NCBI RefSeq assembly: GCF_001447785.1
Contig: NW_015161413.1
Location: 103,045-167,044 of the forward strand
DNA: 64,000 nt
Direction: 5' to 3'
Source of the DNA: Gekko japonicus
Lineage: Eukaryota
Positions 35,101-48,367 of this stretch are shown one piece after another (positions within the stretch are counted from its first letter, which is position 1; each line of letters begins with the position of its first letter). Made by a program: the position numbers and the translations under genes. The notes beneath the pieces were generated by a model that was not told the DNA's origin, did no database searches, and worked only from the letters and a program-made list of their open reading frames with translations.

Positions 35101-36987
35101 ATCCTTTTTGTCCACAAGGAGTTGTGGTAGAGAAGCAAAAGAATGAAACTGGAAGGCGAAAGAGATCAGGGATGCATTTTCTTATTGGGGAAAATATTCA
35201 GAACAGCTGGCTTTGACCATAACCTAAACTAATCACAAAATGAATGTGAAAAAGGCAAAATTTGTGTTCTCCATCGCATGACCTGCACTCTGAGCACATA
35301 TTCATATGGAAGGTATATATATCTCTTCTCTTCATCCGTAGTCCACAAGGTTAATTGAAGAAATCACTCATGTTTCCTCTACTGACCGACTGGGGAAATA
35401 TCTGAAACCCATCTCAGGTTAAGGTCAAAGTAGGATTACCAAGTTCCAGATGTGTCTTCAAGATCTGGAATTACAACTGATCTTCAGATGACATAGAACA
35501 GTTCCCCTGGGGAAAAAATGGCTGCTTTGAAGGGTGGACTCTATGGCATTGTACCCCATTGAATTCCCTTCTCTCCCCAAACCACACCCTCCCAAAATGT
35601 CTTCACCTCAATTCTCCATGAATTTCCTAGCCCAGAGTGGCAACCCTAAGACAGAGACAGGGGAAGAACAATGGCCCACTGGCTCACCAGCTCAAGAAGA
35701 CTACTTTCACCAGGGAGCTAGCTAGTAGCTACTACCAGAGTTGACAAATGCTTCCTTACATCCAGCCAGAGGCCTTGTAGCACTTCAAGCTTCCCACAGG
35801 CCAGTCAGAGAATAGCTGATGAAGCTCACACATAATTGTCAGCCTGCAGACAGAGAGGCTGATATAGTAACTTGGACAGTGGAGTGTACAGGATGTTCTT
35901 CAATGGTTTGCATCTTTTTGATATCTTTTATTTATATCGGATACCTGTTAATCTTGTTTGTTCTCCTGCACCACTTTTCCACTTGTTAAACATATTTCTC
36001 AGAATTTCTATTTTATAAAAGGCTTAGTGTTGATGCAAACAGCTGTGTGGGGCTGTAGCCAGTGGTGGGGTGTGCAGGGTGGCACCCCTTTTGATGCTGC
36101 ACAGCCCCCACCCCAGCAGGCACTGGGACACACATCTGAAGGTGCCACGGTACTCCCAGCTCCCCCGCCGCTGCACATCCAAGCACCCGTTGCTCTCTTT
36201 GCCTGCCCATTTGTCCAGGTCCTCTTCTGAGGGGGTGCTGACTGGAGGATAACTGATTTCCTGGCCAAAGTCAGTGAAGTCAGGCCAGCCATGGCTGTCC
36301 AGGGCGGGCATACTGAGGGGGCCACTGCTGCTCTCTCTCATCTTCCCGCAGGTGAAGGCCATGGAGGGCAGAGTGAAGTGCCGGCTGATGCTGGGGTCTA
36401 CAGCGGGTGTTAGGGGTGTGCTCAGGCATGGTGAGGTAAGGCAGAGGGCATGTGAGGTAGGCACTGGGGAAGAAGCAGGGCAGTCCGCCAGTGAGCCAGT
36501 CTGCCCAGTGGCAGCGGCCCAAGCTGCTGTGGCAGTGCCCCCACCAATTCCTGGCTACAGGGCTGCAGCTGTGTGATATAGTCCTTGTTTAAAAGCAAAT
36601 GGTGTGTGTGTGTGCATCCATCTGGGTTCTGATATTCTGCAGTGACTAAATATGCAGCAAAGTCTACCTCACTGCACTCTTAAAACCTCCATCGGATACA
36701 TCGGATACAGTGAAGATTAGATTCACCACATGGCCAATCAGCTCAGCCATAGCTTTCCGGATGGATGCACTACTATACTGAGGCATATGTAACAACCACC
36801 ATGCAGTCCTAAGTAAGTTCTCTGGAAACAGACCCCCCCTTCCCCAAGTGTTAAAATTCTATGGGTAATCTATGAGATTGTAAACTGGTCTAGAAACACA
36901 GACAGACACATCAACTGAGATGGTAGAGTGAATAACTTTATGTAGGCCACCCTGTGCCTGCTCCGGCAGGGAGGATGGGAAATAATT

Positions 36988-37057
36988 GGATGGATGGACG
37001 GACGGACAGACGGGCAGATGGACGGACAGACGGGCAGATGGACAGACAGACAGACAG
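36988..37057. repeat. Compound GGAT/GGAC/AGAC tetranucleotide microsatellite
   Basis: Direct reading. Confidence 0.85.
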
Positions 37058-37277
37058 AAAACATTGCCTTAAAACTAATTCCTTAAAAACATCTTCCTTC
37101 ACTTTCAGATGTAATATTCCTGCATCCTACCTAGCCTTCTTGAATAGTCCAAAAAATGAGTAGTACAAGGATACAGGAAGCAGAAAAAAGTTTTCATTGA
37201 TAGTTATAGAGTCCAAACAACATTCCTAATAAATACCTTTTTTTTTTTTTGAACCAGTCAATGTTAGTCTCTATATG

Positions 37278-37449
37278 GGGTTGGATCCAAGCAGCTTTTC
37301 TGCAGGTAAAAAAGGAAGGTAGGTGTTCTCCTTGCCCACCATAAAAGGCTATGCTGGACACCATTGACCCTGCATGTGCAGTCATGTGGGATGGGGGCTG
37401 TAGTATGGAAGGGGCAGGTGGAATGAAATAGGTGGGCTGGATCCAACCC
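37278..37449. mobile_element. Harbinger-like MITE
   Basis: Perfect 12-bp TIR gggttggatcca/tggatccaaccc; 3-bp TSD atg. Confidence 0.8.
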
Positions 37450-37908
37450 ATGACTTTGGATATTTAATTTTGTAGCCCATAGCCTTTCTGATGTTCAGTG
37501 CAGATATCAACAGGTTAAAAATTAAAAAAAATCCTTCCTGATAAAATAAGTAATCTATTTAGGGCAGATACAGGGCTTTCAGTGATGTGTTTCCCTCATA
37601 CACTAACACACCTGAGATTTTTGTTTGTCAAAATACAATCCCCCACTCCCCTTTTCTTTCCACCAGCCAGGTTATAAATTTGCGAGAAAGCCCCAGCTAG
37701 GGCAACAAGTGCCTGGACGAGTGATATTTGTACTAGAGAATCAGCAATGATAAGAAGAGTTAAGCACCCCTTCTACCAACCCACTGCTCCTTTTCCCCCC
37801 GACACTCTCTTTATTGTGGCAAATGGTTTGGGAATATGTATTTGGTCAGATGAAGTATAATTCCTCTCTTTTCAGATACTATAGCCAGATTAGTATTGGA
37901 ACTGAAAC

Positions 37909-38090
37909 CATAAGAACATAAGAAGAGCCCTGGTGGATCAGACCTGTGGTCCATCTTGTCCAGCATGGCTGCCTCACCCAGTGGCTAACCAGTTACTCTG
38001 AGGGCCAGCAACGGGGAAGAGGCTGAGGCCTTCCCCTGATGCTGTCTCCTGGCACTGGTATTCATAGGTTTACTGCCTCTGAATGTGGTT
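37909..38090 (-). mobile_element. CR1 3' end fragment
   Basis: cataagaacataagaagagccctggtggatcagacc tail. Confidence 0.75.
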
Positions 38091-38309
38091 TCCTCCACAT
38101 GAGTTAGGTCATGTCAACACCTAGAAGATTGAAAATAGGCTCCTCCCTCTGGTGAGAGCAACAGATTGTTCCAACTGCCACACGAGGAACAGCAAATGGA
38201 GGTACTCCTTGGTTCCGTGAATCTGTTTTGGACATTATGGAGACAGTCTGGGGCACTTCCCTCTACACTGGTTGTGAGTCTGCTTAAGTCAGCAGCAGCA
38301 AGGATATCA

Positions 38310-38540
38310 AAGAAGAAAAGGTTTTTATACCCTGGTTTTACCTTAAAGAGACTCAAAAAGGCTTACAAAGGCCTTCACTTCCTCTCCCCACAACAGGCAC
38401 CTTGTGAGGCAGGTGGGGCTGAGAGAGTTGTGAGAAAACTGTGACTGGCCCAAGATCAGCCAGCGGGCTTCCTGTGGAGGGGTGGGGAATCAAACCCAGT
38501 TCTCCAGATTAGAGTCCATTGCTCATAACCACGACACCAC
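38310..38540 (-). mobile_element. Squam3-like SINE
   Basis: ggtggggctgagagag...ggaatcaaacccagttctccagattagagtcc. Confidence 0.8.
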
Positions 38541-39284
38541 ATTTTCATTTAAAAGAGAGAGAAAAGTGCACGCACTTTATTTACCCACATATAAACTTGC
38601 TGAAGTGTATTGTTCACCAGTAGGGAAACTCCGCCAGCCAATCAAGATTCATTAAGCTCCGGCAAGTTGCACTAAAAATAAGAGAGATGTGTTTGCGTCT
38701 AGTGGCAAACCTTGTCTGGGATCCTGGGGAGGTGATGAGTTTATAAATGGAGAGAAAGGTGGCACAACCCACTGAGCGGATGTTCGAAGGGGGTGTATCT
38801 CCTGCTGTCTTTTCTTTTTCAGGCCGGCAGGGAAAAAGCTGAAGTGCTGCCGGTGACTGTAATTTCAGAAGCACTTGTTGCAATTATTTGAGTATGCCTT
38901 CTGCGCACTCAGGGCTTCTTTCATTGTTCATCCCACTGGCAGAACAACGGCACAGCTCTCCAAAATACTTTGATTCCTTTTTAAAGTTAGCTCCAATGAG
39001 AAAAGAATCTGCATTTGTGTGACAAAACATGATTTCCAGCCTGATAGGTCAAGAATTGGATGCAACAGAATATAAGATCATTTCGGCTACAAATTGGGTA
39101 CAATTGATGAGTCCAACGAGATCACAAACATCTCAGTACCTTTTGGCCATCAATGTCAGGGGCATGTGGCCCCAGTGAAACTGTCCTCCTGTTAGCCCTA
39201 GAAGGAAAAAATGGACACTCTTTGAGGGCTAACAGTGTGGAGGCCATAATGGGAGGGACAGTGACTCCAGCGGTATTCTCTCTA

Positions 39285-39365
39285 GTGTGCGTTGCACAGG
39301 AAAGCTCATACCTTGAATAAACTTTTGTTGGTGTTAAAAGTACCACTGGACTCTAAATCTATTCT
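39285..39365 (+). mobile_element. Short Penelope-like terminal fragment
   Basis: gaaagctcatacc...ttgttggtgttaaaagtaccactggactc, similar to the reverse complement of 53085-53140. Confidence 0.55.
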
Positions 39366-40092
39366 CTCTAGTATTTACTCTTGTAGCCCTTGAACCAACG
39401 CGGCAGCTAATTTGCTCATAGTCCATCGAATTTTAGACCTTCCCGTTTCTCTTTCTTCCTAAAGTATCTTTTATGTTCTCCCTTTCTGCATAGATTCAGA
39501 CAAGCTCTTCACAAGCAAACTTTTCTCCCCCCCCAATCAACACATGAAAGGAACTCGCAAATGCATAAGTTATTCCATCTTTATCATAAACTGAATAATT
39601 GACATGTGACCCAGTCTTTGTTCTAGCACTGATGCTACTTTTAGATAAGCGAACCAGGACTGTGGCCTTATTATCGATAGCAGAGTTGGAACTAAGTATT
39701 GTTTCCATTTCTGTGGATCCCTCTGAATGTAAAAGGGATTTTTCCTATTTGTATTTCATCAACCAGACCACAGACGTTTACGAAAACGATTGTAAGATCC
39801 CCCCCCCCAGTTAAATGGATAGTTTGTTCTATAATAAGTGATCCCATTCATTGTTGATCATCATGTAGCATTACAATAGTTCAAGGATAAGCAATGGCTG
39901 TGTGTATAAACATCAGCTATGCAACGACGTGCAAAATAGTCTATTTTACATAATTTATTCAGGGCATGGAATAGAGCTTTTCACAGTGCAGTATTTAGGA
40001 TACTGCAAAACAGAATCTGGATATATATTTTTTAGTGCATAAAAACCATAAACAGCCAGGTTTATTTGTAGAAAAAGATCATTAGTTATCTG

Positions 40093-40501
40093 CAGGGGTC
40101 ATTTCGTAGAAAAAGAGGTGCAGGAGCTCATTCGCATAACTCATTAGCATCACTTATTTGCATATGTCACACCCCCTGACATCACCGGAAGTGTGTCAGG
40201 AGGCAACACCCTCCACTCAGGCTCCACTGGACTCTTTTGGATTGCTAGCTATTTGGGGGGGGGGACGTGCAGATCTGCCCTCACAGAGGAGGGAGAGCTT
40301 GTACCTGAATAAAACCTGGTCTTAAAGGTGCCACTGGACTGCTTTGGACCGGGGGGGGGGCTCTGCGACTTACCTGGCTGCTTCTTGCTCTGACTGAGGG
40401 CTGCTGGGAGCAGGGGGGGGGGCTTGTTGTATGTGCCCACCCCCTGGGCTCTTTACTGCCGGAGCTCCGCTCCTGTGCGCTCCTGCAGGAAATGACCCCT
40501 G
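40093..40501. mobile_element. hAT-type MITE
   Basis: TIR caggggtcattt/aaatgacccctg; perfect 8-bp TSD gttatctg (40085-40092, 40502-40509). Confidence 0.9.
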
Positions 40502-40523
40502 GTTATCTGTACCTCCAGTTGTT

Positions 40524-40725
40524 CCTGACCTGGCTGGCCAAGGCTAGCCCAGTCTCATCCAACCTCAGAAGTTAAGCAGGGTCAACCCTTATTAATATTT
40601 GGATGGGAGACCACTGAGGAAGACCAGAGCTGCTCCTCGGAGACAGGCAACAGCAAATCACCTGTGTTTGTCACTTGCCTTAAAAATCCTACAGGGTCAC
40701 CATAACGCAGTTACAACTTGACCAC
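40524..40725 (+). mobile_element. 5S rRNA-derived SINE
   Basis: cagaagttaagcagggtcaa...ttggatgggagaccac plus the same tail as 15433. Confidence 0.75.
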
Positions 40726-40889
40726 AATATTCAGTTGTGGTTACCCCACAGATGCTGGCAGTTTCATCGAGAGTGAGCAGGATGTATATATGAGTTAAGT
40801 AAACTCATAGTGTGCCAGATTATGAGGGGCCTCGAACTACAGGAAAAAATTACTGTTGGAACAATACCCCCCCCTTTTAAATATTATAA

Positions 40890-41218
40890 GTAAAGGTAAA
40901 GGTTTCCCTTGCTCGAAAGCCAGTCGAATCTGACTCTAGGGTTGCGGTGCTCATCTCCGTTTCCAAGCCGAAGAGCCAGCGCGGTCATGTGGCCGGCATG
41001 ACTAAACGCCGAGGCGCATGGAATGCTGTTACCTTCCCACCGAAGCGGTACCTATTTATCTACTTGCAATTTCTTGCTTTCAAACTGCTAAGTTGGCAGG
41101 GGCTGGGACCAGAGACGGGAGCTCACTCCGTCATGCGGCACTTCGGTCTCGTACTGCTGAACTACCGAACTTCCAGCCTCCAGTTCAGCGTCTTAACCAC
41201 TTGAGCCACCGCAGCTCC
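40890..41218 (-). mobile_element. Sauria SINE
   Basis: (taaagg)n tail, ggtcatgtggccggcatgact, ttaaccacttgagccaccgcagctcc head; reverse match to the 59616 copy. Confidence 0.9.
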
Positions 41219-43060
41219 TTTTTAATACTATGGGGCATCTTAAATTTTACATGGATTAGGGCCACAGCATGTCTGAATCTGGCCCTGGATCCAGGACCCT
41301 GTTAAATCTGTTCAGGCCTACTGAAATGAATAGGATCAAATTAGTTTAAATTGGATTTGTATTTTTAACTTGACTTCATCGGCCTTGCCTTCAGGCAGCA
41401 GTTCTATCACGGGCACTTTCATTAATTATACACATTTCCACAAATGCTGCCAAGCCCCTGGAACCTTTCTTTTCCCTGAGTCTGGATGCAGGAGACTTTT
41501 TTCATGAGCTCAGCAGGAATTTGTAGACTTAAAATGTCTTGTAGCAATGAACGTGTTTCTGCTCTCCTTTGTTTCACTTCTCCTGCCTTTGGCTTGTGGA
41601 AGTCAATGGACAATCCTGGCCCAATGCTCCAGAATACCAGAACGGAGGCTGCCATGGCATGCTGACAATGAACAGGGTCTCAAGCAGAATATAGATCTTT
41701 CGCTGTTGCTTTATGACAAAAACAAACTCAAACAACAGTGGACGTGTTCAGTATATGAAAAATTGTATGGCTACAGGACTGTCGTCAAGGGAAATTTATT
41801 CCAGGTTCTTTGGAGTCACATTAATCTTTGGTTCCTAGCCAACCCATTTGCCTCTTGAAAATTCTCCCAGTCATTTTTAACAGCAACTTCGTGCATTGCA
41901 GATACAAATGCACGTCTCTTAGTTCACTTGGGTCAAACAGCCTCCTGTGCGTCTCTGCTGCCATTCCACATCCGGAGAAATCCAAGCATAATCCCGTCTC
42001 GCCTTCAGTTTTGCCTCCCCCTAGGAATAAACGAACCATTCATTAATGATCTCACCACAAAAAGGTAAGACTCTCCAAGTCATTCTTGAACTCTGATCTT
42101 TCCTGTCATCATAAAGGTGATGGCATTAATTCCAGCACTACATCTGTACCTATTGTGCGAGACTAGGTCGCCTTCTCAGATTTCATATGATTAAACGAGC
42201 CTTGACTGGGATTTCCTGAGTCTTGGATCCACCTCTGATTGGATTATTTTTAATATGGGCAACCTAAAATCTAGTATGTCCTGAGCATTTAAAAAATAGA
42301 CTTCCAAATTATAAGGTGTTCCATTAATGCAAGTTTATTTGGCTTGTAGTAATTCCAGTCATCTTGCCCTTACACTGATTAGATATGAGGATCCCAGCAG
42401 TCAGCACAGGTTAGACTTGACTCAGAAGGCTTTTTGTGTGGACATAAAAACAATCTCTACCCTCATACAATCAACTCCTAAGAACAGGCCAATGCATACA
42501 TTATCCAATTGGCAGCTTCTTTGTATCCAATTGTCATGTGTGGCCCTCCACACTACAAGGCCGCTCAATGTTAGGATTTCTACAAACCTGTGAAAAACAA
42601 CAGATAGTAACAAAAATATGAATTATGTTTAATGAATCGGTGGTAAAATTCCCACAAAAGGGTCAAATGATATCTTTGAATATGTGTGTGACACCCAAGT
42701 TGTCACACAAAAAGGCGGTGGCAATGGCCCCAAGGAACAGGTGCAATAAGTCATCTCCAGCTTACTCCCCCCCTTCCGATACCTGCTTCTCCCCCCCCCC
42801 TTTATTTCAATGATGAGCAGACAAGCAGGAGGGAGAAAGGAAGACCAGGCTGCTATGTATGCAATCAAGGGAAGGGGAAACTTGAGGGGGTGACAGGAAG
42901 GCCAAACAGGTGGAGAGCAGCTGGGGTGAGGGAACACTTAGGGATAATTCCCATCAACAGCCCAGTAACTGTACAAAAAACTTGGCTTTTAGACTTGTAG
43001 CAGCACCTGCAAGAAGGAGGGCAGTTGTAGCAGCCATAAAGGGGTTTGGTTTACTGCAGT

Positions 43061-43525
43061 TTTGTTGTTGTTGTTCAGTCACACAGTCGAGTCCAACTCT
43101 TCGTGACCTCATGGACCATATCACGCCAGGCTCTCCTGTCCTCTGTCATCCTCTGGAACCTTATCAATTTCATGTTCGTTGCATCAATAACATTGTCTAA
43201 CCATCTCATTCTTTGCCGTCCCCATCTTCTTTGACCTTCAATCATTCCCAGCATCAGGGTCTTCTCCAGTGAGTGCTCCCTTCTCATTTGGTGGCCAAAG
43301 TATTTGAGCTTCAACTTCAGTATCTGGCCTTCCAGGAAACAGTCAGGGTTGATTTCTTTTAGGATTGACTGATTTGATCTCCTTACAGTCCAAGGGACTC
43401 TCGAGAGTCATCTCCAGCACCATAATTTGAAAGCATCTATTCTTCAGTGCTTGGCCTTACTTATAGTCCAACTCTCACAGCCATACATTACTACTGGGAA
43501 TACCATCCCTTTGATCATACAGACT
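43061..43525 (-). mobile_element. Bov-B (RTE) LINE 3' fragment
   Basis: KLKYFGHQMRREHSLEKTLMLGMIEG..RQRMRWLD peptide; (TTG)n tail. Confidence 0.92.
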
Positions 43526-44571
43526 TACCACCAGATCGTCACTGTTGCTGACTGCAAAGAACCATCTCGTGAACAAGCTTACATTCTCCAGCTGAATACT
43601 GCCTTTTCAACTAAGGAAGGCAGTAAATTCTCTTTCATGGTACGATGTACCAAGTCCTGCACATACCCTGGAGAAATAAATAGGATCTGTGCAAGAGCAC
43701 TAGCGTCCTACAGTAGCACTCTTGTGTGACTCCCATTCATTTCAGGGAGACTTGCACCAAAGAAGATCCTAGTCAATTGTTCCCTTGCTTTTTATGGGCT
43801 CATCTGGGTATTAAACGGCTAGCTTTAAAGTGGCAGATAACCATAGTGGGCTGATGGATTAAGAAGTTGTAAAAATCACATTCTATTGTCAATAACTGTT
43901 TAGATCTTTTATGGCACAAATGTAATTACAAGAGAGACAATGTGATCTGCGGTGCACAGCAGATGGAGAAAAGGTCAGATATCAATTAAGCTGTAGAATG
44001 AGGTACCCTGACATCAAGCCGCCAGAAAGATCAATGAAAATAAACACTTTTATTTGAAGCGGGAAATGTTTCTCTTTGCAAGTAGGATATTGAATGTTGA
44101 TCCACATACCCATTTACAAGGCAGCCGGCTCAGTGGCCCTTTACCCACCCCCAAGCATAATTAATAAGAAAACAAGTCCAGGACTGGGCCACAGGTATTC
44201 CTAGAACCCAGTCAGCTCCCAAGTTTTGGACAAGGACTTCTTGGAGATGGCTACAGGGATATTCTTGGTGAGTTACCAAAAATCATAAAGGAGAATCCTG
44301 CAGCATAAATGCAAAGCTGTATCAAAGGTGATCCAAGATTAGGAACTCACAGTGCAGTTATGCCTTTCCAAGTCCATTGATGTTAATGGGCTTAGAAGAA
44401 TGTGACTCTGTTTGCATTCCAAACCTATGCAGTTTAAAGCAAGGGGGAAAAAAATCTATGGGTTGGACCCCTTCTGTATACATATTCACCTGTAATGAAA
44501 GCCAGTTTTTGGCAATTTAAATATTAAGAAGGGGTGCCAGATATATGAATATTAAGAAGGGGTGCCTTATC

Positions 44572-44603
<32 letters not shown>

Positions 44604-45327
44604 TATTATCTACAATATTTATGGCCTTTCTCATTTGGGCTCAAGACAGGCTACGCAGAATGAGTCACCACAATCAACAGAATGAGAAATCATGTTGATC
44701 TAGAAGCCATTGTGACTAGTATACAAAATCTCTGAAAGTGCAGATTTGTAGAGATTTCCTAACAATTGTGAGGAGATTTATACCCTGAGATCACCACCAG
44801 TTTTCTTCATTGCCAGGCACAATGTCTATCTTTGCCTAACATATCCGGATTAGCAATGGCTGGACTCACCTCAGCTCAAATTGTAATTGGGTTAACCAAA
44901 ATCTGTGAACACTTAAAAAAAAATCACCTTAGTCTGAGAGTTCTAAGAGTGCAAAACTGAACATTGTTACACCTTTCTGCTTATGATAGCATTGCAAATT
45001 GACTTGGTTTTTTATTACATTCTGCTTAGGAATTCTAATGAAGAGGAATGAAGAGGCAAGAAAGTGCTTGGGACAAATTTCAGATTTCTTTTTTCACCTT
45101 TTCTCCAAATGGTCAGGCTTGTGACTTGGCTTTTTAAAAGATTCTACTATTTTATCCACACCCTGCCTTTGGGCATATATGATCTCCCCCCACCCCCCAA
45201 TTTGCTGGCTTGAATCAGGAGGCAGGGTATTTGAGTTCAAATCCACATCACAGACATCTGGTGTTTGATCTTATATGGCAGGCTGAGGTCCTTGTCTAAT
45301 AGTGCAGTGATTCTCAAACATGGATTT

Positions 45328-45666
45328 TGTTGGCAGAGTTTAAACATGCAGAGGAATGGACCACCAACTCTTTATAGAAAATAATTTGGTTTATTAAAGA
45401 AGAAATACACTCTGAGAGAACAGAAGAGTGGGAGAGGAGCTTAAATAACTGACTAACTGCTGTAAGAGACAGGAACAAAGGGAGAAGGCTCAGTTGGAGC
45501 AGGAAGTCTCCAAAGAGCAAATCAGGAAACAGGAAGGACACAATTTGAAATTGTGGAAAGTCCCTAACCTAGCTATGCTGACTTGCTGTCCTTCAGCTGT
45601 TCCCCTATAGGCTGTTCTTCTGATCTTCCTCAAGTAGGTGCACTATAGATCTTGTATATTCCAACA
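45328..45666. mobile_element. Solo LTR (339 bp)
   Basis: Perfect tgttgg/ccaaca ends and 5-bp TSD gattt (45323-45327, 45667-45671). Confidence 0.82.
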
Positions 45667-45864
45667 GATTTTAACTTTGTGGAGGTATAATGTCTTGTTT
45701 ACTCCAGACAAGCAATGTTTCTCCTGGTTTCAGGTGGATGGAGATCTTTCACATCACCTACTACTCATCCTTTTAACTGGATATGCAGAGGACTGATCTT
45801 GCATGAGAGCTTCCACATGCCAAGCAGATATTCCAGACCTTTATTTAAGCTGTTTTATCCCAAG

Positions 45865-46042
45865 CCAGACCATGGATCTGTCCAGGTCAGTGCTGTCTAC
45901 TTAGGCTGGCAGAAGTTCTCTGTGTCTCAGGTTAAGATCTTTCACATCACCTATTACCTGATCCTGTTAACTGGAGATGCCAGGGGTTGAACCCGGGACC
46001 ATTCACATTCAAAGCAGGTACTCTACTACTGAGTCATGGCCA
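45865..46042 (-). mobile_element. tRNA-derived SINE (second family)
   Basis: ggggttgaacccgggacc (reverse B box) and ctctactactgagtcatggcc (reverse A box). Confidence 0.6.
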
Positions 46043-46972
46043 TTCTCCATGTTTTGTGGCAGTTCTTCCTCTAAAGAGAAGTGTAAATTATTATATTTGA
46101 TATTAGTAAGAGCTGAATTATTGTAATATGAAATATGTTTCTTCTAATGAGATGTAATTGGCAGATACAGAACAATCCCAAATGTCAATTTCTAAAAACA
46201 TCTTATTTTATATATATTGTATTAAATATGCTATAAAATATGGTGTGTTCATGTGCTTCATGTACTTCTCTGCACTGGTGGTAAGGAACCTCCTTAATTC
46301 TATGTTCTTAGAAAAGTTATTCTTTTCTTGATTTTTAAGAAATATTTTTCAAACATATGAACACCATACCAACCCCCCATGCCTAGTTGTATAACCACAT
46401 ACAAAGAGAAACCAGAACTCCAAAATCAAACTAGCATTCATTGCGCTCCAATGCAGTATAAAACAAATGACTACAAATCAATAATTGAAAAATGTTTGAT
46501 ACCTATAATGTGAAGTTGCATCTAAATGCAACTCAGCTGCATTTGCCCGAAATGGAAATTAAGTGACAAGAAAAAGCGTCTACTTTAGCCTAAATCCTTA
46601 GGAACTCATATGTGATGTGTCAGTATGTCTGTGACAAAATAGTGCCATTTCCTGCCATACCAAGATTTAAGAGCAGAGTCTTTGACCTTTCCTGCATTTA
46701 GCCTTTTCAATCCTGGCAGCAGTGAAAAGATGGGAGATGAGATTTTCACTTGTTCCACCAGGAAAAAAGCCCAATAACACCAGTGTCCAAGTCCTCATAC
46801 AGATCTACCTTCCTGTGATGGAATGTGTATTATCAGATGCTTGTCTACATCAGTCATGAAAAGCTAAGCATGGCCATTGTGATGAAATTATTAACAACAC
46901 CAATTTAGCCATGAAGGTCACTGGATGACCTTCGGTCACTGCCTAACAAGCCTCACAGGGTTGTTGTGATGA

Positions 46973-47691
46973 TGTCCCACTCCGGAGGTCGCGGGCCATG
47001 AGGGCCGGACCCCAGAACCCCCAGCGAACCCCACAAGACCCCCACCATACGCCTTACCAGACAGAAGACGACCCGGCGATCCAGCATGAGAGATGGGGGC
47101 GGCAACCCTGTTTGATGTCCGCCGCACCGGCTGCGCCAGGGGATGAGACCGGGGCCCGCGGAGTGGCCACTGGGAAGAAGAGGAGCAAGGCGGCGGGACG
47201 GACGGGCCGAGAGTGAGTGCCAAGTCATGGGAGCAGCAGCGAGGTGGCGGCGGCGCAGCACAGAGGCCGCCAGGGCCACCGCCGGCATACCAACCTTCAC
47301 CCCGGAGATGCCCTACCGGTGTCACAGTAAATAAAGAGGGGCGTGTCCCAAGCCGGGGGGGCGGAGGGGCGGTCCCGGGAGTGGGGCGGGGAGATAAAAG
47401 GGCAGGGTGGAGAAGGGGCCGGGGGGGAGGAGCACACTGTGACATTGAGGGAAACAGAGAGGGAGAACAAACGGCAAGCGAGAGAGAGAGCGGGAAACGT
47501 TCGCAGCGTGCTGGCAGAGGAACTCTCGGGGTGATCCTAACCCTGTCCCCTGCCTGTCTGAGGCCCCTCACTCCCTCTCCATTTTTGGACCCACCCGCCT
47601 TCTGGACCGCCCATCCTGCCGGAGCCCGACCCAGACCTCGGCAACACGGCCACAGGAGGTGCTACCCCGAGGACCAGGGGAGGACGCGACA
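46973..47691. mobile_element. GC/CpG-rich solo LTR (719 bp, Gypsy-like) inserted in an old SINE
   Basis: tgtc...gaca ends, 5-bp TSD gatga (46968-46972, 47692-47696). Confidence 0.85.
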
Positions 47692-48367
47692 GATGATATG
47701 ATGCAAAGTGGAAGAGCCATGTGCGGAAGGAAAAAATGTGCTAGATCAATGTATTTATTTATAGTCCACCTTTCTTTGTTGTTGTTGTTCAGTCGCACAG
47801 TCGAGTCCGACTCTTCGCGACCCCATGGACCAGATTCCGCCAGGCCCTCCTGTCTTCCACTGTCCTCTGAAGTTTGCTCAATTTCATGTTCCTTGCATCG
47901 ATGACACTGTCTAACCATCTCATCCTTTGCCGTCCCCGTCTTCTTTGACCTTCAATCGTTCCCAGCATCAGGGTCTTCTCCAGTGATTGCTCCCTTTTCA
48001 TTTGGTGGCCAAAGTATTTGAGCTTCAGTTTCATTATCTGGCCTTCCAGGGAACAGTCAGGGTTGATTTCTTTTAGGATTGACTGATTTGATCTTCTTGC
48101 AGTCCAAGGGACTCTCAAGAGTCTTCTCCAGCACCATAGTTCAAAAGAATCTATTCTTTGGCGCTCGGCCTTCCTTATAGTCCAACTCTCACAGCCATAC
48201 ATGACTACTGGGATTACCATTGCTTTGACCATGTGGACTTTTGTTGGCAGGGTAATGTCTCTACTTTTTATCATGCTGTTTAGGTTCACCATCGCTTTCC
48301 TCCCAAGGAGCAGGCGTCTTTTAATTTCATGGCTGCTGTCACAGTCTGCGGTGATCTGGGATCCCAG

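Noticed and set aside
46936-47701. Long GC-rich ORFs (211 and 162 aa) or a host CpG-island first exon
   Set aside because: Explained by a TSD-bounded solo LTR; GC richness suppresses stop codons.
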